The position numbers and the translations under genes were made by a program. Shown in pieces: positions 37,609-46,376 of a stretch of DNA of 48,433 nt (positions are counted from its first letter, which is position 1; each line of letters begins with the position of its first letter). The DNA is from an uncultured Bacilli bacterium (GTDB lineage Bacteria > Bacillota_I > Bacilli_A > RF39 > UBA660), in NCBI GenBank assembly GCA_944359025.1, contig CALVSM010000001.1:1-48433 (forward strand), in the 5' to 3' direction. Below the pieces are notes generated by a model. It saw only the letters and a list, made by a program, of their open reading frames with translations. It did not search any database and was not told the origin of the DNA.

Positions 37609-38178
37609 ATGAATGTAGGAATTAAAGAATTGTTTTATCCTTTTCGTTGGATTTTAATAATTGGTTTGGTTGTCTTATTTATTTTGATGTCTTATATGAT
37701 TTTAAGGCATGGAATTTATAATCAAAATTTATTTGAAATAAAATTGAATGATATGTTGATAGTTGGAAATTATAAAGAAAATATTTCAAGTAATTTGTTT
37801 GTTCATTTTAATGATGAAGGTGATAATTATACTGATAAATCTATAAATAAGGTTATTTTAAGCGATAAGATGATTTTACAAATAGATGAATACGAAGTTT
37901 ATAATAAAGCTGGAAGAAGAGTTTCTGCTGATGATTATTGGGTAAAATTAGATGATTATATTTATGAAAAAGTTGATTATTCTAAAATTGAATTAGAAAT
38001 AAAAAGAATGGATAAAATTTTATATAGTGGTGATTATATAGCTGATATAAGTAATTATCTTAATGAAAACGGAAGATATTATATTCATATTTATGTTAAT
38101 AGGAAAGATGGTTGGTTTAGTGGTGTTAAAACACATTTTAGTTTTAATGTGATTGTTGGTGATGAATATGAAAAGTAG
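37609..38178 (+). CDS. Membrane-anchored hypothetical protein (189 aa)
   Basis: One N-terminal TM helix. RBS GAGGT. Confidence 0.5.
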   Translation: MNVGIKELFYPFRWILIIGLVVLFILMSYMILRHGIYNQNLFEIKLNDMLIVGNYKENISSNLFVHFNDEGDNYTDKSINKVILSDKMILQIDEYEVYNKAGRRVSADDYWVKLDDYIYEKVDYSKIELEIKRMDKILYSGDYIADISNYLNENGRYYIHIYVNRKDGWFSGVKTHFSFNVIVGDEYEK

Positions 38179-38563
38179 CTTAAAAACACATTTTAAACGA
38201 TATCTTTTTCACTATATATTTTTAGGTTTATTATTAATACCTTTAAGTATATTAGTTATTGTATTTATAAGAGATTTAAAACTTTATTTGGAAGATAAAA
38301 ATAAACTTCCTGATTATACTGAAGAAGTAAAGCAATTATATGAAATTAAGCCTAGCTTATTTCAGTTTGATGAAAACGATACTTTTGTTTTGAAAGTAGA
38401 TTATTTGTTGGAAACCGAAATTGACGATAAAATTATAAGAATTGTTAAAAGACCTTATTTAAGTGAAGATTTTGAACAATGTGTAGGTTATTTAATTGTA
38501 AAAAATATAAATGGTAATATTGTTGTGGATAATTCGCATATTTGTGATGTTATTGATTATTAA
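38168..38563 (+). CDS. Membrane-anchored hypothetical protein (about 131 aa)
   Basis: One TM helix. ATG 38168 follows GGTGA and overlaps the upstream gene end by 11 nt. Confidence 0.5.
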   Translation: MKSSLKTHFKRYLFHYIFLGLLLIPLSILVIVFIRDLKLYLEDKNKLPDYTEEVKQLYEIKPSLFQFDENDTFVLKVDYLLETEIDDKIIRIVKRPYLSEDFEQCVGYLIVKNINGNIVVDNSHICDVIDY

Positions 38564-38567
38564 AAAA

Positions 38568-38588
38568 CTAATAGTATTTAACTATTAG
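38568..38588 (-). terminator. Hairpin terminator for the minus-strand gene
   Basis: CTAATAGT-ATTTA-ACTATTAG, with a T run on the minus strand. Confidence 0.5.
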
Positions 38589-38594
38589 AATAAA

Positions 38595-39032
38595 TTACAA
38601 AAACTGTTTTAACTTTTCCACAGCTTTTTCTTGTATGTCAACATATTTTTTAACTAATTCATTGATTTTTTTGTCAGTATCTTTATGATTTAATAATTTT
38701 CTTCCTTCAATAATTCCCATATTCGTTCCTTGAAGTAATAATTCAGTTATTTTAGATGTGCTATCATCTATCATAGTTTTCATTTCAATTCCATACCAAG
38801 TCATTGCTTTATTCATAGCATTTGTCTTATGTGGTTCTTCTTGTTTGTTATAATTTTTATATATTTTATTTATCTCTTCAGATATTTCTTTGTATTCACG
38901 ATATTGACGATCCAATTCTTTTTTTAAATCTTCATCTTCTACTTTGTCTAAAATATAGTGAATAGCATCCATTCCCATACAAGCTCCTTTATTTAATTCG
39001 TCTAAAACATTAATTTCATTTTTATCATTCAT
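38595..39032 (-). CDS. Helical-bundle protein, possibly a DUF2383/ferritin-like four-helix bundle
   Basis: Predicted all-helical, 145 aa, N-terminal LNKGACMGMDAIHY segment. RBS GGAGGG. The family call is tentative. Confidence 0.5.
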   Translation of the reverse strand: MNDKNEINVLDELNKGACMGMDAIHYILDKVEDEDLKKELDRQYREYKEISEEINKIYKNYNKQEEPHKTNAMNKAMTWYGIEMKTMIDDSTSKITELLLQGTNMGIIEGRKLLNHKDTDKKINELVKKYVDIQEKAVEKLKQFL

Positions 39033-39119
39033 AATTTCCCTCCTTTTATATATTGGCTATTTTTTTAAATAATATACTATTTTTAAAATTAATTCATAAA
39101 TTATTATGGGTGATTGTTA

Positions 39120-39572
39120 GTGAAAATAAAAATATATTTTGAAGCAATATTATTTCCTTTAATTATCGGAGGTTTGGTGGGGTTAATTACAGCTAATTTT
39201 ATCGATTATACTTATTTAACAAAGCCATTTCTTTCACCACCTGGTTATTTATTTCCTATTGTTTGGAGTATTTTATATGTTTTGATGGGAATATCTTATG
39301 GTAGGTTGAAAAATCTTGATTTGAATGATTCAAAAATAGAGCTAATTTATTATATTCAGTTGCTTGTTAATGCTTTATGGCCAATTTTCTTTTTTGTTTT
39401 AAAATGGCGACTATTTTCTTTTTTTTGGATATTATTGTTGCTAATTTTAGTAATTATTATGATTTATTGCTTTTATCAAAAGGATAAATTAGCAGGTTTA
39501 TTACAGTTACCATATTTGATTTGGATATTATTTGCTTCATATCTAAATTTAAGTATTTATTTATTAAATTAA
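39120..39572 (+). CDS. tspO: TspO/MBR-family tryptophan-rich sensory protein
   Basis: PPGYLFPIVWSILYVLMG and NALWPIFFF motifs with 5 TM segments. GTG 39120 is preferred, 6 nt after GGGTGA. Confidence 0.8.
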   Translation: MKIKIYFEAILFPLIIGGLVGLITANFIDYTYLTKPFLSPPGYLFPIVWSILYVLMGISYGRLKNLDLNDSKIELIYYIQLLVNALWPIFFFVLKWRLFSFFWILLLLILVIIMIYCFYQKDKLAGLLQLPYLIWILFASYLNLSIYLLN

Positions 39573-39602
39573 AACCTATAAAGTTTTTTCTTTATAGGTT
39601 TT
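39571..39602. terminator. Bidirectional terminator overlapping both stop codons
   Basis: AAAACCTATAAAG-TTTTTT-CTTTATAGGTTTT, a 13-bp stem. Confidence 0.7.
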
Positions 39603-40557
39603 ATGCCGTTAAAAAGTTTATTACTAAATCAATTAAAATATCTTTTTCTTTAGGATTAGATTGAGCAATAAGAATGGTAATAGCAACTAATGTATTGTTA
39701 TCGATAACTTGTCTATTTTCTTTATATAAAATATTATAAAAATCTAAAAAGTATATAAATAATGTCGCAGCTATTCTTTTGTTACCATCGATAAAAGTAT
39801 GATTTTTGGTAACTAAATATAGAAAATTAGCGGCTTTTTCTTGAACTGTTGGATATAAGTCATTGCCATCGAAAGACTGATAAATATTACCGATAATACC
39901 TTTTAGTCCTTCGTTTCGTTCTAAAGCAAATAAATCACTATCACTGTTAAATTTTAATTTACTAATTATATCTAAACAATTTTCATAAGTAATTTTTTTA
40001 TTATTTTTAGTTCCTTTAGGTTTAGCTATACTTTTATGGTCATAATCATCAAGGAGATTTAAGGCATTTGAATAATTATTAATAACTTTAATTATTTCTT
40101 TAGCATCTTGACCACTTAATTCAGTATCGATTCTTCCAGCTATATCGATTAATTTGATTGTTTTTTCAAGGTACTCTAATCTTTTTTCGTTAACAGCATA
40201 ACCTTTTAATAAATAGTCTTTGATGATTTTATTAGCCCATTTTCTAAATATAATACCATTTTGTGATTTAACGCGATAGCCGACACTTATAATAACATCT
40301 AAGTTGTAGTAATCAACAGTATGAGTTTGTGTTTTTCCTTCAATTGCTCCGTGCTTAGTGGTTGTCGCAAATTTTGCGACAACCATATCTTTATCTAATT
40401 CTTCCTTTAATGCATTATTAATATGCTTTCTAATAGTTTTATAGTCTCTATCGAATAATTTTGCCATTTGTTCAGCATTAAGCCAAACTGTTTCGTCTTT
40501 CATATTTACTTCTAATTTGATGTTTTGATTTTCAAATAATACTATTTCATTTTTCAT
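39601..40557 (-). CDS. RhuM-family N-terminal domain fused to a Doc (death-on-curing, Fic-fold) toxin domain
   Basis: The N-terminal WLNAEQMAKLFDRDYKTIRKHI ... YYNLDVIISVGYRVKSQNGIIFRKWA is RhuM-like. The C-terminus carries the Doc motif HTFIDGNKRIA. ATG 40557 follows GGAGG, and the upstream ATG at 40656 lacks an RBS. Confidence 0.8.
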   Translation of the reverse strand: MKNEIVLFENQNIKLEVNMKDETVWLNAEQMAKLFDRDYKTIRKHINNALKEELDKDMVVAKFATTTKHGAIEGKTQTHTVDYYNLDVIISVGYRVKSQNGIIFRKWANKIIKDYLLKGYAVNEKRLEYLEKTIKLIDIAGRIDTELSGQDAKEIIKVINNYSNALNLLDDYDHKSIAKPKGTKNNKKITYENCLDIISKLKFNSDSDLFALERNEGLKGIIGNIYQSFDGNDLYPTVQEKAANFLYLVTKNHTFIDGNKRIAATLFIYFLDFYNILYKENRQVIDNNTLVAITILIAQSNPKEKDILIDLVINFLTA

Positions 40558-40790
40558 ATTTTCTACCTCCTTATATTTAAAATTTTGTTTTGCGATAAGA
40601 TTTAATCTCCTACAATTTTTTATAATAATATCCTTTTTTCTATATCCCAGTAACATTATAACAATAATCTAAATAAAAAAAAATATAATTTATTTAATTT
40701 TTTTTAAAAGTGTTTGCAAAAGAAAAACTATATTATAATAAACTATGAACTTGTTTTATTATGTTGAATATAATAGGTTAGAGGTGGAAG

Positions 40791-41240
40791 ATGTATAGTA
40801 TATATGAAGTTTTAAACAATGAAAATTTAAATGATATAGCTCAAAAATTAAATGTTGATATTGAGGAATTGGTAAATTTAAATGGTCAATTAGATATAAA
40901 ACCAGGACAGTTAATAATTGTTCCAAAAAATGATAGCGTTTATCAAACGTATATTGTTCAAAAAGGCGATAGTTTATATAGTATCGCTCAAAAGTACAAT
41001 ATTGATACTAATACATTAGAAGTATTAAATGGTTTAGATAGTGACGATTACATATATCCTAATCAAAAATTATTGATTCCTAAAGAAAACATCGGTATTT
41101 ATATAGTTAATAATAACGAAACTATAGCCGATTTAATCGATAGTATTCCTGTCGGTTTTGACAATTTAAACCGTTTAAATAAAAAAATTTATTTGGAACC
41201 TAATCAGATTATAATTTACGATAAAAAAGATTTGAAATAA
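40791..41240 (+). CDS. LysM-repeat protein with three LysM-like repeats and no signal peptide
   Basis: YIVQKGDSLYSIAQKYNIDTNTLEVLNGL...NQKLLIP, flanked by two degenerate repeats. Confidence 0.75.
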   Translation: MYSIYEVLNNENLNDIAQKLNVDIEELVNLNGQLDIKPGQLIIVPKNDSVYQTYIVQKGDSLYSIAQKYNIDTNTLEVLNGLDSDDYIYPNQKLLIPKENIGIYIVNNNETIADLIDSIPVGFDNLNRLNKKIYLEPNQIIIYDKKDLK

Positions 41241-41276
41241 GTCTTTTTTTATTGTATAATGATAAAGGTGAGATTT

Positions 41277-41681
41277 ATGAAAAAGATATTATTAATTTTA
41301 ATGAGCTTATTTTTAATTACAGGATGTGGTAAAAGAGAATATATCAAATTAACCTATAATGATTTAGAAACAAAGTTGAACAATAAAGATAATTTTGTTT
41401 TAGTAATTGGTTCGGCAACTTGTGTAGCTTGCGATACATATGAAAAGACGATGCAAGATGTTATGACGAAAAATGATATTGAAATATTTTTCTTAGATTT
41501 AAATGCTTTAACTGATGAAGAAGCAACTAAAGTATATAGTAAATTCGTTTATAGTTATACTCCAACAACGATATTTATTAAAGATGGTGAGGAAACTGAC
41601 ACGCATAATCGCATTGTTGGTGCTGGCGAATATGATGATGTTTTAAGTAAACTTGAAAAATTAGGATATATAGGTGAATAA
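41277..41681 (+). CDS. Thioredoxin-fold lipoprotein
   Basis: Lipobox LITGC and a CxxC motif (CVAC) in a thioredoxin-like context. ATG 41277 follows AAGGTGA. The ORF-track ATG at 41259 lies within a TGTATAAT -10-like element. Confidence 0.7.
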   Translation: MKKILLILMSLFLITGCGKREYIKLTYNDLETKLNNKDNFVLVIGSATCVACDTYEKTMQDVMTKNDIEIFFLDLNALTDEEATKVYSKFVYSYTPTTIFIKDGEETDTHNRIVGAGEYDDVLSKLEKLGYIGE

Positions 41682-41683
41682 TT

Positions 41684-42631
41684 ATGTATAGTGTATTAGA
41701 TACATATGGTGATGATTTAACTAAAAAAGAATATGTTACCAACCCTGCTATTGCTAGGGATGAGGAAATAAAAAGGGCAATTGTTATATTATTAACTCCG
41801 GAAAAGTCAGCTTTATTAGTTGGTAAACCTGGTATTGGTAAAACAGCTATTGTCGAAGGAATAGCTTATTTGATTCAAAAAAATGAAGTCCCAGAAGCAT
41901 TGAAAGGGTATCGAATAATTCGTTTGAATTCGACGGCTTTATTAGGAACGATGACCGTTGATGGTCATGAGGTATTGGTGGCGACACAACTAGTTGAAGA
42001 GTTAAAAAGAGTTGAAAAAGTTATTCTTTTTATCGATGAAATTCATATGCTTATCGGCAGTAAAAGTGATGGTCCAATGGACTTGGCTAATACTTTAAAA
42101 GCGGGTCTTGATCGTGGTGATATAAAGGTTATTGGTGCGACGACTACCGTTGAATATGAGACATATATTTTAAGAGATAGGGCTTTTTTAAGAAGATTCG
42201 AGAAAATTGATGTTTTAGAACCTGATGAAAATACTACTGTAAAGATATTAATGGGGACTATTCCTAAATTAGAAAAACAAACTGGCGTTAAGATGAAATA
42301 TAATGAATATGTTACTAAATTGTTAGTAAAAGCTATTGTCAGTGCTACTAGTGAATTTAAAAGAGTTTATGGTATTGCGGCAATGTACCCTGATGTAGCT
42401 TTGTCGGTTTTGTCACAAGCTTTTTCAACGGCTTTGTATTACAATAAAAAAGAAGTTGATGTCGAAGATTTTTATACGGCGATTAAAAGTAGTCGAAAGA
42501 TTTATCCAGATAGTATAATTAAAGAATTAGATCAATTTAGAGAAACTTTTAAAGATTTATGTAAACAAGAAAATGTAATTTTACCTGTTGTTAAATTAGA
42601 AGATTTAGAAAGAGAACAAACCGAAGTATGA
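41684..42631 (+). CDS. Stand-alone ClpA/ClpB D1-type AAA+ ATPase module (315 aa)
   Basis: It aligns by eye to ClpB D1: NPAIARDEEIKR, Walker A GKPGIGKTAIVEG, Walker B ILFIDEIH, IGATT, and RRFEKI as the Arg finger region. It has no N-domain, M-domain or D2. Confidence 0.75.
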   Translation: MYSVLDTYGDDLTKKEYVTNPAIARDEEIKRAIVILLTPEKSALLVGKPGIGKTAIVEGIAYLIQKNEVPEALKGYRIIRLNSTALLGTMTVDGHEVLVATQLVEELKRVEKVILFIDEIHMLIGSKSDGPMDLANTLKAGLDRGDIKVIGATTTVEYETYILRDRAFLRRFEKIDVLEPDENTTVKILMGTIPKLEKQTGVKMKYNEYVTKLLVKAIVSATSEFKRVYGIAAMYPDVALSVLSQAFSTALYYNKKEVDVEDFYTAIKSSRKIYPDSIIKELDQFRETFKDLCKQENVILPVVKLEDLEREQTEV

Positions 42632-43128
42632 TTCATGTGGTTTTATATGAACCGGAAATACCACAAAATACGGGTAATATTATGCGAACTTGTGTAGCGA
42701 CTAATTCTAAACTGCATTTAATTGAACCGTTAGGATTTAAGTTAGACGATAAAACAATCAAAAGATGTGGCGTTAATTATATTGATAATTGCGATTATCA
42801 GGTGTATTCTAATTTTGATGATTTTAAAAGTAAAAACCCTGGGACCTATTATTATTTTACAAGATATGGTAAAAAGCCACATTCAGATTTTACATTTAAG
42901 GATAAAGAAATTTATTTGATTTTTGGTAAGGAAAGTACGGGAATTCCTAAAGAAATTTTGAAAAATGATTTAGAACATTGCATGCGTCTACCAATGACGG
43001 ATAAAGTTAGAGCTTTAAATTTGTCAAACTGTGTAGCTATCGCTGTATATGAGGTTTTAAGGCAAAATAACTATTTTGATTTACTTAGAACAGAACCTTT
43101 TAAAGGTGCTGATTATTTAGAAAATTAA
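42628..43128 (+). CDS. trmL: tRNA (cytidine/uridine-2'-O)-methyltransferase TrmL (SpoU family)
   Basis: MIHVVLYEPEIPQNTGNIMRTC... and LNLSNCVAIAVYE SPOUT motifs. ATGA overlap with the upstream gene. Confidence 0.85.
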   Translation: MIHVVLYEPEIPQNTGNIMRTCVATNSKLHLIEPLGFKLDDKTIKRCGVNYIDNCDYQVYSNFDDFKSKNPGTYYYFTRYGKKPHSDFTFKDKEIYLIFGKESTGIPKEILKNDLEHCMRLPMTDKVRALNLSNCVAIAVYEVLRQNNYFDLLRTEPFKGADYLEN

Positions 43129-43192
43129 AAAAAGTATTGAAAATATATCAAAAAAATGATATTATTATTACAAGAATAAGGAGGAGTTAAGG

Positions 43193-43795
43193 ATGGATTT
43201 TATAATGGATAATTATGTTTGGTTTATTGTTATTGGTGTGATTGTGTTAATGGCTATTATAGGTTATTTTGCTGATAAAACTGATTTTGGCCGTAAGACA
43301 AAAGAGGAAAAGTCAGATAAGGTAGAAAAAGTCGATAAAAAGAAAAATAAAAAAGAAAAAAATAAAAAGGTTACAAAAATAGAAATTGATGCTAAAGGAA
43401 TCGATGAATTAAGTAAAGATGTGGCTAATAAAAAAAATAAGAAAAGTGAAGTAAATGATATTATAGATAATGTTAATTTAGAGCAACCTTTAGAACAACC
43501 TTTAACTGATGTTCAAGATATGCCTTTGCCTACTGCTAATGAAACTGTTGATCAATCTTTATTTGCCCCTTTATCTGATCAACCTAGTGAAGTTATCGAT
43601 AATACAGTAAATAATGAAACAGTGGTTAGTGAAGAAAATACTAATGATATTAATACAATTAATGAAGTCGTTAATGATGAACCGGAAAGTCAACCCGAAG
43701 ATTTAAAAAATATTGAACCTGCAACTTTACCAGATATTGAAGATAAAAAGAAAGATGAGAAAGTAGCGGAAGAAGAAGATATTTGGAAATTTTAA
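43193..43795 (+). CDS. Membrane-anchored low-complexity protein with a Lys-rich then an acidic tail
   Basis: N-terminal TM helix, a KKNKKEKNKK tract, an EQPLEQPL repeat and an acidic C-terminus. RBS GGAGGAG. Confidence 0.55.
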   Translation: MDFIMDNYVWFIVIGVIVLMAIIGYFADKTDFGRKTKEEKSDKVEKVDKKKNKKEKNKKVTKIEIDAKGIDELSKDVANKKNKKSEVNDIIDNVNLEQPLEQPLTDVQDMPLPTANETVDQSLFAPLSDQPSEVIDNTVNNETVVSEENTNDINTINEVVNDEPESQPEDLKNIEPATLPDIEDKKKDEKVAEEEDIWKF

Positions 43796-43797
43796 AA

Positions 43798-43819
43798 CCT
43801 AGCATTTGCTAGGCTTTTT
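43798..43819 (+). terminator. Rho-independent terminator
   Basis: CCTAGC-ATTT-GCTAGG followed by CTTTTT. Confidence 0.6.
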
Positions 43820-44111
43820 GCATTATTTTTAACAATTTTTCAAAATCATCATCATTGGCGATTATATTTTTATGAATTGTTTTACATTTTGCACATTTAT
43901 AAACAATTTTATAAGTGTTTTTAAATTTTTCAATGTCGATTGGTACTAATAATCCACAGCATTCGTTTTTTCTATCACCTGGCATAATATCGACATGTTT
44001 AGAATATAGACAGTATGGGCAATGGTCTCGTGCTGTATAGTTTAATTTACTAACTTTTTTTCCACAGTTTTCACAAATAAATTCTTCATCAATCATATTA
44101 AATCGTTTCAT
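43809..44111 (-). CDS. RNHCP-domain zinc-ribbon protein
   Basis: CENCG ... RDHCPYC ... CCG ... CAKC. The signature RNHCP reads RDHCP here. No obvious RBS. Confidence 0.65.
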   Translation of the reverse strand: MKRFNMIDEEFICENCGKKVSKLNYTARDHCPYCLYSKHVDIMPGDRKNECCGLLVPIDIEKFKNTYKIVYKCAKCKTIHKNIIANDDDFEKLLKIMQKA

Positions 44112-44186
44112 ATATAATATTTTACATTAATTTTTGATATTGTCAATGACTCTAAAAAGATATATAATATAAATGGAGTTGGTATT

Positions 44187-46127
44187 ATGAATAAGTATTT
44201 TTTAAAAATGTTTTTAGCTAGTTTTTTAAGTTTTTTATTTATAGAAATATTGTTTAAAATTTTATCTTTTGGAACTTTTTTTGATTTTGAATTATTAAGA
44301 ATATTTCTATTTACTTTAGTATTTAGTTTAATTATTTCTTTTATTTATACATTATTTAAACCATTAATAGCTAAAATATTAACTTGTCTAACTACTTTAA
44401 TAATTGGTTTTTATAGCTTGTTACAATTAAATTTTAAAAATTTTATGGGTAATTATATGTCTTTAAGTATGCTTGGCGGTGGTGGTGATGCTGATCGAAT
44501 TAGTAACGAGGTATCGACTTTTATTTCGAGTATACGACCAGAATATTTTTTATGTTTTTTACCTTTAATTGTTTTAATAATTATTTTTATTTGGAAGAAA
44601 AAATGGTTTAGTTATGAAAAGCCAACTTGGAAGAATAGTTTAATCGCAATTGGTGTAATCATTATTCTTCATATTATATCGTTATTGACTTTAAATATAA
44701 CGCCAGAAAATCAATTAAAAAATAATCATGATTTATATAAAACACCAACTTTAATCGACATTTCTTTAAAAGAATTTGGACCTACTAGATTTATTATAAG
44801 AGATTTTATTTATTTTATCGTTGGTGATGAAACACACAATATGATTGAAATAGAAGAGCCGCCGGTTGAAGAAGAAGAGCCGACTGATTATACTAGATAT
44901 TTTGATGATACAGCTTGGCAAGAATTAATCGATAACGAAGATGATGAGGTAATTAAGAATCTGCACCAATATTATATGAGCCAATCTATCACCGATAAAA
45001 ATGATTATACTGGTATCTTTAAAGATAAAAATTTAGTTTTGATTATGGTTGAAGCTTTAGATTTAGCGGCTATCGATCCCGAATTAACGCCAACTTTATA
45101 CCGTTTAACTAAAGAAGGGTGGTATTTCGATAATTATTATGCTCCTAAGTTTAGTTGTACAACAGGAGAAAGTGAATTTATCGCTTTAACATCAATTATT
45201 CCAAGTAATTCAGTATGTACACCATTTACTTATGTTAATAACAATTATAGTTCAAGTATTTTTAATTTATTTAATCATTCCGGTTATACTTCTACTTCTT
45301 ATCATGGATGGAGTGATAATTATTACCCAAGAACTAAACTTCATAAAAATATGGGTTCAACTTTTTATAATTCCGATAAATTAGGCTTTAGTACAAGTGG
45401 TGGTTGGACTAGCGATTTAGAACTTATGAAAAAAATATATCCGATGTTTACTGAAAACGATAAATTTTTTAGTTTTGTTATAACGGTTTCAATGCATTTT
45501 TCTTATGAGTTTGACGATGCAACAACTAGAAAAAATTGGTCACAAGTTAAAGATTTGGATACAGGAATAACAATGAAAAGATATTTAGCTAAAGCAATTG
45601 AATTTGATCAAAGTTTGGAATATCTTATCGATAGTTTAGAACAAGATAATAAGTTAGATGATACCGTTATTGTTATATTTGGTGATCATCATCCTTATAA
45701 TTTAGATTTTGATTATTTAGCTGAACGTTCACCAATTGATCGTTATGAGGGTTTAAATGAAGATAGAATGCCTTTCATTATTTATAATAGTAATGTTGAA
45801 CCTCAAGTAATCAATAAAACAGCTAGTACTTTTGATATTTTACCTACTTTAGCTAATTTATTTGATTTAGATTATGATCCAAGATATTATATTGGTAAAG
45901 ATTTATTTTCTGATGAGGAAACAATTGCTTTATTTCCAACTGGTAGTTGGGTAACAGATAAAGCTATATATTTAGCAAGTAAAAATGAATTTGAATTAAA
46001 AGATGATAGTGTCGATGAAAGTTATATTCAAAAAATTAATAAAATATTAAATAATAAATTTACAGCTAGTGATAATACATTAAAAAAAGATTATTTTAAA
46101 TATAGTGTTTTAAGTTCTACCGAGTAG
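44187..46127 (+). CDS. LtaS-family lipoteichoic acid synthase / sulfatase-domain membrane protein
   Basis: Five N-terminal TM helices plus an extracellular sulfatase-type domain (MVEALD ... TTGESEF ... HGW ... FGDHHP). Confidence 0.8.
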   Translation: MNKYFLKMFLASFLSFLFIEILFKILSFGTFFDFELLRIFLFTLVFSLIISFIYTLFKPLIAKILTCLTTLIIGFYSLLQLNFKNFMGNYMSLSMLGGGGDADRISNEVSTFISSIRPEYFLCFLPLIVLIIIFIWKKKWFSYEKPTWKNSLIAIGVIIILHIISLLTLNITPENQLKNNHDLYKTPTLIDISLKEFGPTRFIIRDFIYFIVGDETHNMIEIEEPPVEEEEPTDYTRYFDDTAWQELIDNEDDEVIKNLHQYYMSQSITDKNDYTGIFKDKNLVLIMVEALDLAAIDPELTPTLYRLTKEGWYFDNYYAPKFSCTTGESEFIALTSIIPSNSVCTPFTYVNNNYSSSIFNLFNHSGYTSTSYHGWSDNYYPRTKLHKNMGSTFYNSDKLGFSTSGGWTSDLELMKKIYPMFTENDKFFSFVITVSMHFSYEFDDATTRKNWSQVKDLDTGITMKRYLAKAIEFDQSLEYLIDSLEQDNKLDDTVIVIFGDHHPYNLDFDYLAERSPIDRYEGLNEDRMPFIIYNSNVEPQVINKTASTFDILPTLANLFDLDYDPRYYIGKDLFSDEETIALFPTGSWVTDKAIYLASKNEFELKDDSVDESYIQKINKILNNKFTASDNTLKKDYFKYSVLSSTE

Positions 46128-46136
46128 AACTTTTTT
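46112..46136 (+). terminator. Rho-independent terminator
   Basis: AAGTTCTAC-CGA-GTAGAACTT within a 6-T run. Confidence 0.65.
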
Positions 46137-46160
46137 CATACATTTTAATAGGTGGAATAT

Positions 46161-46376
46161 ATGGTAAAATTCTTTTTTTTTCTTGTAGGTTTTGGTTTAA
46201 CTTTAATTGGTTGTATTTATATAATTATTTATCTTAATTTAACTACTCTTGGGTATAATTTTTTCGAATATGTCAATTTTATAATTAGGAAGCCAGAATG
46301 TATGATTGCTATTTTAGGTTTTGTTTTAATGGCTATAAATATACCAAAGGAGGAAAAAAATGAATTACATATATGA
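46161..46376 (+). CDS. Small two-TM membrane protein
   Basis: Two hydrophobic helices. ATG 46161 lies 6 nt after AGGTGG. Confidence 0.45.
   Translation: MVKFFFFLVGFGLTLIGCIYIIIYLNLTTLGYNFFEYVNFIIRKPECMIAILGFVLMAINIPKEEKNELHI

Noticed and set aside
40558-40656. N-terminal extensions proposed by the ORF track. Examples are the RhuM-Doc gene from 40656, polC from 7069, prfA from 4418, the patatin gene from 13843, IID from 34126 and scpB from 47732.
   Set aside because: In each case an internal ATG or GTG is preceded by a proper GGAGG/GGTGA-type RBS. That start also matches the usual family N-terminus. The upstream start lacks an RBS or overlaps the preceding gene or terminator.
43485-43508. 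A short tandem duplication, GAGCAACCTTTAGAACAACCTTTA, encoding EQPLEQPL.
   Set aside because: It is only two units inside a low-complexity coding region. It is not a CRISPR or VNTR-type array.
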